Origin: Lama guanicoe
Taxonomy: Eukaryota
Reading direction: 5' to 3'
DNA length: 64,000 nucleotides
NCBI GenBank assembly: GCA_013239625.1
Contig: MU054187.1
Coordinates: forward strand, 14,914,974 to 14,978,973
Position 1 is the stretch's first letter, and every line of letters begins with the position of its first letter. Below are positions 53,677-64,000 of this stretch, in pieces. The translations under genes and the position numbers were made by a program. A model generated the notes under the pieces. It was not told the DNA's origin. It was given only the letters and a program-made list of their open reading frames with translations, and made no database searches.

Positions 53677-54317
53677 CTCTGGGTGTCGCCCGGGTGAGCC
53701 AGCGCACCTAGAAACCGGCCTCCACGCCCTAAACCCGGGGGGCGCTCCCTTGTGGGGCAGGGATGCGCCTTGTGCAGGAGAAGGGAGAACCAGGCTGAGC
53801 TGGCAAGGCATGAGTCAGGCACTGCCACTCATGAAATGCGACAGAACTCCCCATCACTTTTGGCATTTGGGCTGGAGGCCTTGTCTCGGGGCCTTGGAGA
53901 GGGAGGCAGGGAGGGAAGGGCCTTCCTGCAGCCTCATAATCTACAGTTCCTTCTTTTGCTCTGGGTCGCATTCGCTCTCTTCCACAGGCCTGGCGTATCT
54001 GTTTCAAGGCCTTGTCAGGAGAAGACACATAAATAAGGTTTAGGACACAAAGAAAGTAGTAGTGATGGAGAGGGTGACTGTGGAATGAAAATAGCCAGAA
54101 TCATTTTCATTACTTATTTTATTATCTTTTCTAACGTATAGGAGCAAGATCCTAGAATACGTTTCACTTGTCAATACCAGGTATAGGAATAGTTAAAAAG
54201 AATGTTGAAAATATTAATAACTCAGGGTAGCACAAAATAAACTGCTTAGTGGTATCCAGGGATGCCATTCAATTAAAAGCCTGCACATGTTGTGGTAACC
54301 AGTGTGAACTCTTCCAG

Positions 54318-54510
54318 GTGCGCTTGGTAATTGCTGAAAAGGCATTGAAGTGCGAGGAACATGATGTAAGTCTGCCCCTGAGTGAGCACAATGAGCCTTG
54401 GTTTATGCGTTTGAACTCAACTGGAGAAGTGCCTGTCCTTATCCACGGGGAAAACATTATTTGTGAGGCCACTCAGATCATTGATTATCTTGAACAGACT
54501 TTCCTGGATG
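54318..54510 (+). CDS. GDAP1: GDAP1 coding exon 2 (GST N-terminal domain)
   Basis: Acceptor CTCTTCCAG|GTG; VRLVIAEKALKCEEHDVSLPLSEHNEPWFMRLNSTGEVPVLIHGENIICEATQIIDYLEQTFLD; 193 nt; donor G|GTAATG. Confidence 0.98.
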
Positions 54511-54578
54511 GTAATGTTAAGGCTATTTGTGATTTCTTGGATTTACTTTCAACACAAATATATGTATTTCCTCCCCCA

Positions 54579-54651
54579 CCTTCCTTCCCTCCTTCCCTTC
54601 CTTCCTTCCTTCCTTCCTTTTTCCTCCCTTACTCCCTTCCTTCCTTCCTTC
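54579..54651. repeat. Imperfect (CTTC)n polypyrimidine tract in GDAP1 intron 2
   Basis: Read directly. Confidence 0.9.
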
Positions 54652-56869
54652 TCTTTGGTTTCATGATGATGGTTTAGTGCCAAAAACCTTTTCCATTTCC
54701 ATAAGCACACAAATATAAAATGGAAAAAATAGCATAAATTTTGTATAAGCCAGTATAACTCTATTTAAAAGATTTAATGTAAACTAACAATTTTAATGTT
54801 GGAACCTCCCTTTTAAATTCACTTGCAATAAACCCTGCAGGTGTATGGCTTGTGGGGGTGATCTATTAGCCTTGAAGTCAAATTCATAATGTTGATTCTA
54901 AAGGTATAATGTGAAGATCAGTTTCATCTAGTCTACCAAATGGTTCCACCTTAAAAAACAGTAGGAGGGAAAAAGAGGAATAAATTCTAGGCAAGGGAGA
55001 TTAAAATGTTGATACACTCAGAGATCTTTGCCCTTGGTTACTTCTATATTGTTTGAATTTTATATCCTTTGTGAGGAATTAAATTTGTACAATGCTTTTA
55101 AGTAATAACTATTTATTGACAGCCTGTTTTATGTCAGGTATTTTATAATTTGTTTTAGGCCACCTTCAAAAAATCCAACCTGAGATAGCATGGTAGACTA
55201 GTTATTCCCATTTTTGTACATGAGGAAAGAGAAACCGAGGGGTTGCCTAAGGTAAATGTTGCAGTTTTATGGCAGAATGGGGCTGCAGTGCAAGCCTTTC
55301 AAATCGAAACCTTCATGTAACACAGACTGTCTCCCACAGTCATTGCTGCTTATACATTGTCTCACTTTTTCCTAACAACAAGCCTTTGAGATGAGCTGCA
55401 GCTTCAATAATTGCCCAAGATTACACAGCTGATCACTGGCAGAATTGAGAGCAGAACAGAGGCTCCTAGCTTTCAGCTATGTGCTGCTCTGAAAAAGAGG
55501 CTGCATGAGATCCAGTTACTCTTCATCTGCCACCAGTTATGTTGATGTTAACTGGGCAGGATAAAGCCAGAATGTGACCCCCAATTATTGGAAGCTGAGA
55601 AAGGAAATTATGAGGTTCCTTCCCAGAAAATTCTGAGACTTATAAGGAAAATAGGTATAAGACCTAAATAGTGGGATGGGGGTGGTGGTGGTTTACTCCA
55701 GCGAACTGGATTAGCAGTTGGCTACCCTTGTTCTTGATCCAAGTGTTTAGTTCCCTAGGATTCTTACCGGAGGTGGCCATTGATCTAAACCAAAGAGTTT
55801 AATGAACTGCTTTTCCATCCGTCATTACTTGCAATTCCTGATAAGTCTAAATTCTGGGGACTGTACAGAAAATGGTGGCTAATTGACTTAAGACAATTTT
55901 TCTCAATCTTGAGCTTTTGGAAATGGACAAGTCTGCTATATAATAATTTGTATTTCTTGGGAGAATTGATTATAATACTGTGAATAAGACAAAGTAATTG
56001 CATAAGAATTCTACTTTAAGTAATCAAAACTTTAAAAAGATACAGTAAGTGGGAAATCATATTTAAATGTTTTGTTAGCATCTCTTGAACTACTACTGCT
56101 ACCACCATTCTCCTCCTCCTCCTCTTCCTTGCTTTGTTCCTTCTCCAAGATATTCAATAATATAAAATGTTACTTTACAATGTAACAATCATCATAATAA
56201 TGTTAATGATTATTAGGCTTTATTACATTTTTCTTTAAGCTTCTTTTGCTTTGACTATATACTACACAAAACTGAAATGCATTCTGAGTTGTGTTCAAGG
56301 CGAATACTAAGTTCTTATTACTATTTATTGAATCAGAGGAGAAGGCACTGTGGGCTAAACATTAAGATAAAAATAGGGAAACTAAGGACTTTAATTCTAG
56401 TTGTACCAATAGAATAAGTAAACAATCAAGAATCTGAGCTCTGAGTCTGAAGCTGTTGCACATCCTTGGTAACGTGACTTTTTGTTTGTCTTCTTGGACT
56501 AGGTGATAGCGTTTAATCAGTTGCAGAGATAAAGCAAGTTCAGTCAACTCTTATTTCACTCTTCCTGTTTCCCAAGGAGAGTAATCATTCAGTCAGAAAG
56601 AGTTAAGAGATTAAGAGAACTAAAACCCATAGTAGATATGAAGACAGCAAGAAAACAATTATATAAATGAAGGTTAGTCTAGTCTCCAGACAAAGTTTCC
56701 CTCAAATGTAAGCATTATCAAAATAATTATTATGATAATTTATATTTATCATTAAGAACTCATGGAGATTAGGAAAAGAGCCAGACAAGAAATCGACAAA
56801 TGTTATCCCAATTGTCAGAGAAGGGGAAAGGTGAATTCTACTAATCCTTGCTACTTAATCTGTATTCTA

Positions 56870-57000
56870 GTGATCAGCAGCATTAGGAGTTTGTCAGCAC
56901 TACAGGCTCCTAAACTCTCCTGCAGATCTCTTGAATCAGAATCTGCATTTTAACAAGATTCCCAAGCAAATCATATATGTATTAAAGTTTGAGAATCACT
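56870..57000. mobile_element. MER5-like hAT-Charlie MITE remnant
   Basis: TGAATCAGAATCTGCATTTTAACAAGATTCCCAAG...ATTAAAGTTTGAGAATCACT. Confidence 0.75.
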
Positions 57001-57589
57001 ACTACAAATTACTGTGCGTTAAGTATTTGCTTAAACTTTCAGCATTTATAAAATACTGTTTTTCATAAGTGTGGCAGAGTTGTAGAATGAATTGTTAAAA
57101 ATTAAAAAAAAATATTTTGAGTATCTCAATTAAAAGGAACTGGCCTAAATTTTACATTACTGGAGAATGTCTGTAACACTTAAAAAATGAGCATTACGTG
57201 CTGGGCAGGGTTCTAGGTATTGTGTATCTTGGTTTAATGAGAGCATTTGAGATTATTTCATATAATACTGCGGTGGAATGAAGGAACAAATGCGGCTACA
57301 TGAGAGTAATGCATATTTTCCAATGAATAAATAACATATTGAAGAATATTCATGAATTAATTTCTTATGCCAGGTTGCTTGTTTAGCCATGGACTCTCAT
57401 TTACTTATCCAATGATAATTTTATGACACTTTAATTATTTCAATTACTTGTAGACCACAGTAAGCGCAGTGAGGTTAGAGACAGTATCTGTCTCATTACC
57501 AACTGTATTCCCAATGCCTCATATGTGAATGTTCTCTAACAGGAGTTAATAAATACTTTTGAATGATTAAGATGAATGAGTTATTGAAA

Positions 57590-58050
57590 TAGATGTCTGC
57601 CTGGACAGGGATCTCTACTGGCATTCCTTTAGGCTTCTATTTTCTGACTTGAGCCTAACAATTCTATAAATGATTTGAATAAAGACAGTAGAAATACTAT
57701 TACACTTGTGGATGTCAAGCTGTGATAGATAAAGTGATGACTAGCTTATGAAATGCTTCTTATGGAGCAATAAAATGGAAAAAAAACATGATTAAATTTA
57801 ACAAAGCTAAAAGTAATATATGACTTTTGCATTAATGAAGGCTGGGAGACCTGGCTTGTTAGTAAGTTACCAACAAAAGCCAATAATGAAATAAAAAACG
57901 AGTGTGATCTCAAGTTGCTTCAAAAGTATAGGTTCTATCTAGAATATGACAAACTGTGACCTGCTACATTTGAAATGTTTGGAACATGCAGCATTTTGTC
58001 CAATAATGGATGGAACTTTCAGGAAAGTTGACAAATTAGAATGATAATAA
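57590..58050 (+). mobile_element. Ancient CR1/L3 LINE RT-region remnant
   Basis: CTGGACAGGGATCTCTACTGGCATTCCTTTAGGC...CAATTCTATAAATGATTTGAATAAAGAC resembles CR1 RT (SGVPQGSVLGP..FNIFINDLDE) in degenerate form. Confidence 0.55.
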
Positions 58051-60715
58051 ATGAATGGATTTATGAGGTGTATAGTGGCCCATGGTTATAGTAAGAGGCT
58101 TTCAGTGTATCCATTCATCTAAAGACCAGAGTGCAGTCAACTGGCATCTCTTTTGCTGTTATTTGCTATCCTTTATTAGCCTATTGACTAGGGATTGTAC
58201 TAAAAATGATGCTTGCTGACCTGTACTTCTTTCTCAAACTTTCTGTTTGATCAGGATTTACATATTTACATCTTTATGCTTTTGGGATATCACAATCTCT
58301 TTTAGTGAACTTTAATTTGGCCGCTAGATAATAAAAAAATGAGAATGAAATAACTATAAAATACTAGAATACATACTATTTATTACTGCCAATTAACTCA
58401 GTGATGACCTAGAATCAAGGATGTCATATGGCGAATGTTGAACTTTGGTAATTTAAAACGTTCTGTAACAGTTCTCTGAAGCTCATGTCCCATGTCTTAT
58501 ATCTATATATATTATTTTAAGTATTCTTAGGAAATAGAATGTCGTTTGGAAATAATCCAAGTTATCTGGTATGATATTAATGTACCATGTATAAGTCTGA
58601 TTATGAAATATAAAGTTATTTTATAGATACAATTTTATCAATATATATAGAAAATCAACTCAGATTTTAAAAAGAACATTAATTCTAAAATTACTGTTAT
58701 GTTAAAATATATACAGTTATTTATATAAGGAATTTCTGATTATTGTTAAGGTCGTAGAATAAATAATTTTGTGTCTATTAATAAAAGGCATTCATATATA
58801 TTTGAATAACATTACATGCTTTTTAGTACATCTTCTGAAATTGCAGATTAGCACAAAGATTGTAACTGAGTGCAGAGAAAATATGGTATATGGTAAGGAA
58901 AAGAAAATGAGTCTTTAAGACTCATGATTGTGCCAATAAAAGTGGTTTTAAAAAGTAACTTTCAAAAAAACTTTCTGTGATTTGTTAAATTTTAGTGGAA
59001 GGAGGCGGTGTTAAAATGCAGAAGTCCTGATTCTATAGGATATGTATACAATAATTGAAACAAACTGTCTGATAAAGGAGTTTTTGCCCCCCAATTATAA
59101 ATGTTTCTGTAAAAGTCTTAAATATAGTACCGACTCAATAAAAAGTAGTTAAACATTTAAGGTATAAAATTTATTGAATATAATGCTATAAATTTGCTGT
59201 CTCAGAAAATTCTGGATGCATATGCTAAACATATAATTTGACACCATGTGTTTTTTCTCATCTGCATTTAGATATGTTCTTTCTGGTTCTAAAGTTATGA
59301 CACCCTTGAATTGTAGTCAGTTTGTAACCATATCTTTTGCTTTAGGTAACTTAATTGCTTATCATTATTATTATATTTTAATAGCCTGGTGTATGACTAG
59401 TTGAAAGGTACAATTTTGTTCAGCTTCATGCTACATATTATCTTCTATTCCAAAGTCATCACTGAGTGATCTAAGTAAAATAAACAATCAGCAAAGGGCT
59501 AGAGATAGGACTGAAGTCTAATCTGTTATCATTGAGCTAATAAGGGAGACCTGAAAATTACTTAGATAGAACTATGGGGAGTCTTTCTTGAAAACAAGGC
59601 ATAATAATGTCTCCTTTATCTGCCATCACTGGGGAGTGTAAGCAGTCAGTTTAGGAAAATAATAAAATTCTCATCTTTTCATTTTTTCCTCTTGGGGACA
59701 TGGAATGTGATTTTTTTTTTAAATTGCTCAGGGCCACTGTTATTCTACCCAGCAATACAGGGATTTGAGAATATATGGAGCTACTTGTCCTCATTAAATG
59801 GTTGCAGAATGCTTTTATTGTTCCTTTCTGACTTAAAAATTTTTTTCTTTTGTTTTCTCTGGATGTTCTTTATCATATTTTTCTGCTTTATGTCTGTTTC
59901 TAATTTGCTGCCTCAGTTTAGGTGCAACACATGACCTGCCTTTGTCCCTACTCAGTTCCTCAATGAAATCAGGTCTTATGCCAATGTATTCATTTATTCT
60001 TGTTTATTCTTCCAGCTTAGTCACTAGTCCTGGCTTCCACTCCTGTAACCCTGCTCCCCAGTGCTGGGAACGCCTCTCACTGCCTGCTTCTTAAAAGTCC
60101 TCTGATTCCTTGTCCTGCCCCCGTAAGCCTCCTAGTGCTTTCCCACCCCTGACCGAGGTAGAACACCGAGAAAAGGTTTTCTATCTTCAATATCATAACA
60201 AAAGTGCTTTATGGAAGGATTAGAAAATAAGATGAGCATGAGAGGGAAGATATTCTGTATAATTCAAAGGAAATCCCCAATTGTCTTTGGAAAAGCTCTC
60301 TCTCTAGAGGCAGGGGACAGTGTTGTGCACTGCTGTCAGGAGGATGCTGGCAGCATTTGGATGTGTGACCCTGGACAGGGTGTCCTTGAAAGGGGAGAGT
60401 CAGCTTGGAAAAGAAGATGGGTCCAGTGGGTACATTAAGCTCTGTCTGACAAAGTGTTTTAGGAGACAGTTATATAGTAATGATGCCTTGAGTAGAAGAA
60501 GATTCTTTTCATGCATTTAAACATTTGGATTCAGACTTGGCCAGATGGACCTTCCCCAGGAAGCAATTAGACGTTGTTTTTCCCACTCTCATTTACTTTT
60601 CCAGGAAGGAAGTGGTGTGGTCTTCTGAAGGCAAGCCCCAGGCCTGGCACCAGAAAGCAGCCTGAGCCAGTAACCATAAATTTAACCACTTGGGAAGCAT
60701 TTTAAAATGCTGTAT

Positions 60716-61565
60716 CATTGATGGTTGTTAACCTGTGGTTCTTGGACCTCCAGAGCAGCAGTTCTTAAACTTTTTGGTTTCAGGGCCCCTTTCTCTTAAA
60801 AATTAATGAGGACATTTGAGAGCTTTTGTTTATGTGGGCTACCTATCAATATTTATCAAATGAGAAATTAAAACTGAGAAAAGTTGAAAACAGAAGAATA
60901 GTCAAGCCCGCATTCCGTTAACTGTCAGAGTGATGGAGTTATCGTGTGTCGCGTAGCCTCCGGAAAATACCAGCGGACACTCGAGAGAATGAGAGTGAAA
61001 AAGCAATTAACATCTTGGGATGAGTATAAAAGTAGCTTTGGCTTGTGGACTCCCTGAGAGTGTCTTTGAGAAGCCCTGGGATTCTCAGACCATACTTTGA
61101 GAACTGTTGCCCGTCATGGTCTGTGAATAGAGTTCAGGAGATTTGATATCTTAGAGGGGAAAAATTACATCCTTATTTTCACTGATTTCCAGTAGAAATC
61201 TATCATTTCCTTTCATTTTGGATGTAGCCATAATCCACCACCATCTCAGCGGTGCCTGTGACTTTGCTCATGTGTTCATGTGATGGTGATGTGTTCACAG
61301 CATACCAAGGTATTGCAGGTATCTTAAAATATCACTTACGGCCATCACTACTTTGAATTTATGCTCGCTATTAGATCTGCTTCTAGATCTTGTTAATGTA
61401 TTAATAAAAGGCACCCATCTTAGTATTTTATAGTTTAAAATTACTTTGACAACATATTTTTAATATAATAAATTTTCCTTTGCAAACTTATGTCTTGTAT
61501 TTTACACATTTAAGGACATTATACTGAGAAGAGGCCAGTGGCACACCAAAGGTTAAGAATTCTTT
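60716..61565. mobile_element. hAT-Charlie non-autonomous element (Charlie4a/MER113-like), interrupted by a second hAT element
   Basis: Ends TGGTTGTTAACCT and AGGTTAAGAATT; the body (GGAAAAATTACATCCTTATTTTCACT...CATCACTACTTTGAATT...CTAGATCTTGTTA) resumes at about 61111. Confidence 0.7.
60756..61109. mobile_element. hAT-Charlie MITE (MER119/Charlie7-like) nested in the previous element
   Basis: TIRs CAGCAGTTCTTAAA and TTTGAGAACTGTTG (12/14 match); internal GAGCTTTTGTTTATGTGGG...GAAATTAAAACTGAGAAA. Confidence 0.75.
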
Positions 61566-62639
61566 AGAATATCTGGGACCTTAGAATGCCTCCAGTCTGT
61601 TATCCTCATGGAAATGCCTACCATGCATTGGTTGGGATCCTGGTAATATTCTGAGATCCTGGAAGTTCAGCAAGGAGGTGTGCTCTACTTGGCAGACCCA
61701 CTGTTGATGGGCAGTGTGTAGCTGACATTTCATTCTTGGTTATTCTAATGCAGGTCTCAGAAATTGGACTCCCCAGCAGGGAATTAGATATTTGCCCTCT
61801 GGTTTGAGGAGTAATCCATCTTCTTTTTAATTAGAGAGTCAAAAATAGCCCATTGGCTTAAAAAGCTTGTTGGTCTGGCATTAGGAGATTTTGCCTGGAA
61901 TTCTCTGCAACCAGCTTTGAATTGTCAATGCTTATGAGTGAGCGTGGGATGCTTAAAAGGATTCCAAATTAAATAAATAACCCAAGCTAAATGAATAAAT
62001 TAATAAGCAGACATAAATGAATCAAGTTAAGGCTGTTCTTTTCACCTGTTGGATCAGTAAGTTCGTTGGCATTTCTCAGGGGCAGTTTGGGAGTCAGAAG
62101 TGGGAATTGATTCTGTAGGAACCTTTGGATCACCTAGTTTATCTTTATTCTTCTTGGATGGTCTCTGAAATACGAACCCTTTGAAGATGTTAGGATGATG
62201 TAATAAAACAGAGCACTGCATTAGGACTTAATGACTTTGGTCCTTGTTCTGCCTCTAATTAGCTGTGGGATCTTGGGAGAATGTCTCAATGTCCTCATTC
62301 ACTGCTGCAGAGCTCAAATATTCTCTAATAACTAGCACTTTGAGACTATATTCACTAATTCACGCATTAATTGGAATTTACCAAATACCTACGATGAGCC
62401 AAACATTGTATCAGGCACTTGGGATTCAACAAAGAACAGTACATGGCCCCTGCCCTTAACAAGTCTATAGTCTAGAGTTTAACCAGCAAATGAGGATTAT
62501 GCAGAACTCACTTTCCACAGATAAAATGTTAGGAATTCCTGGTGAATTCCATGAAGACGGTCAGTGCACATTCAGGCTCACTCTTGGCATTAATTGGAAC
62601 CTAGGAAGGAGAGGTCCCTGCTCATCTTCCCATAATGAA

Positions 62640-62930
62640 TGTTCATTCACTTAACCAACCTTTACCAAGGGCCCAACGTGTATGAGACACTACGCTAGAC
62701 CCTGGATCGTAGTTTCCTTGCCCCGAAGAGGTTCGTGGGGCAAAAAGATACAAATAGCTAATTAAAGCGATAAGGGCTATAATGAAGTATGTACAGAGTA
62801 TTTTGCATGTACATAAGAAGGCACCCTTGACCTGGTCAGATGTCAGTAGTTGTAGGAGGCTGGGGAGGGTTCCACAGAGGAGTTGGCATAAGTAACAACC
62901 TTGAGGCTGAGTAGTGATTTGCAGAGTGGA
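62640..62930 (-). mobile_element. L2 3' remnant
   Basis: TTCATTCACTTAACCAACCTTTACCAAGGGCCCAACGTGTATGAGACACT...GATAAGGGCTATAATGAAGTATGTACAGAG. Confidence 0.6.
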
Positions 62931-63136
62931 AAAGTGTGATCGTGGTTTGGCATCTGGTCTAGTACATCAGTCCACTTCAGATTTTCAGAATCTGGGCTGG
63001 GGAGAGAGCATCCTTTACATGCCTTCGTATAATATTGAAAATGTTAGTGATGAGGGTTAGGGTTTTTGTTTTTTTACCTCTGGATATACTATCTCATTGG
63101 TAACTTTTTCCTCTAATGTTTGTGTGTGTGTTTTAG

Positions 63137-63310
63137 AAAAAACACCCAGGTTAATGCCTGATAAAGGAAGCATGTATTACCCACGGGTACAACATTATCG
63201 AGAACTACTTGACTCCTTGCCAATGGATGCCTACACACACGGCTGCATCCTACATCCTGAGCTAACTGTGGACTCCATGATCCCAGCTTATGCAACAACA
63301 AGGATTCGCA
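63137..63310 (+). CDS. GDAP1: GDAP1 coding exon 3
   Basis: Acceptor TTTTAG|AA; (E)KTPRLMPDKGSMYYPRVQHYRELLDSLPMDAYTHGCILHPELTVDSMIPAYATTRIR; 174 nt; donor A|GTATGT; phases consistent with exon 2. The gene continues beyond the window. Confidence 0.98.
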
Positions 63311-63614
63311 GTATGTAAAGATCTTAAAGACCTAGAATGCTGTTTAGAGTTTCTTTGAATTTATTTTTGAGACCTAGCACATCTCATGAAGACTTGGGAC
63401 AGGGTTGCTGAGTTTGCTTCATGGACATGCATGTTATACATCGATCCGTGCACCAGTCAGACTAATCTGTGTTTCAGCTGTTCAGCTGGACATCTGTTGT
63501 CTACAGGACCTGAATTTTCCAGCTCTTGGCCTTGAAGGCCAAGCTTAGATAAAGCTCAGAAGAGTGGCCTGTAGAAAAGCAAAGAACGTAACATGTTCTC
63601 ATGGACAGATGGAC

Positions 63615-63750
63615 TAGGAGTTAGGAAAGCTGGGGTGTTCTGGGAGTCACGGACAACTAGGTTCACATTTCTGGTCCTTAGTTTTCATTTCATTGTGTGA
63701 GGGAGCGGGACTACAGGCTGTCTCACCCTTACTCCACCTCTAAACTCAGT
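63615..63750 (+). mobile_element. MIR SINE fragment (MIR3/MIRc-like)
   Basis: CTAGGAGTTAGGAAAGCTGGG...TTCTGGTCCTTAGTTTTCATTTCATTGTGTGAGGG...CTTACTCCACCTCTAAA. Confidence 0.55.
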
Positions 63751-64000
63751 GACTGGAGATTCACTAAGGTTGAGTTGTGATCGCCAACTGTCCTGTCCTC
63801 CTGTCCCGCGGACAGAGAAGGGTCAGTGCAAGGGATGAGGAGCCAGAGGCGGTGTGCACTGTGGCCCAGGAGGCTGGGAAGGAAGGGAGGTACCTGTGGT
63901 CAGACCCTGTGGGTGTTTGACCGAACACTCACACCCAGCTCTCCTAATCCCACAAAGTGCATCCTTTCTGTCTCACCAAGCCTCACCTGTGTGGTTCTCT

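Larger units (their letters stand above)
53270..53770 (+). promoter_or_regulatory. CpG-rich GDAP1 promoter / exon 1 region
   Basis: CpG cluster around the ATG with ACTACACTTCCCAG (ZNF143/SBS-type, 53354-53367), GCGGGAAA (E2F-type, 53412-53419), GGAAGT (ETS core) and GGGCGG (53462-53467). Confidence 0.85.

Noticed and set aside
53188..54043. 207-aa antisense ORF and other ORFs around GDAP1 exon 1
   Set aside because: GC-rich promoter and intron shadows with no domain similarity.
54300..54317. Upstream CAG that could add 15 nt (CELFQ) in frame to GDAP1 exon 2
   Set aside because: It has no polypyrimidine tract and directly abuts the likely branch point (GGTAAC), so use is unlikely without RNA evidence.

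Overview
Mammalian nuclear DNA, most likely a camelid (camel/alpaca/llama) judging from a tRNA-Ala-derived vic-1-type SINE. The window holds the 5' ends of two divergently transcribed genes: JPH1 (junctophilin-1, minus strand; coding exons 1-2, with 1-18608 lying in its long intron 2) and GDAP1 (plus strand; coding exons 1-3). Their start codons are about 28.5 kb apart, and each start lies in CpG-rich sequence. The rest is intronic or intergenic DNA filled with repeats: L1, L2, CR1/L3, MIR, an ERV-L pol remnant with LTR16-like LTRs, a MaLR LTR, and hAT and TcMar DNA transposon relics. Most ORFs in the track are spurious. I found no new multi-gene system. The best leads are a perfect 21-bp stem/9-nt loop hairpin in JPH1 intron 2, a 'compressed' REST/RE1 motif just inside GDAP1 intron 1, and apparent lineage-specific Asn losses in JPH1 MORN repeats 7-8. 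Repeat family names and human/mouse comparisons come from memory of consensus sequences, not from database searches, and repeat boundaries are approximate unless a TSD or TIR is given.
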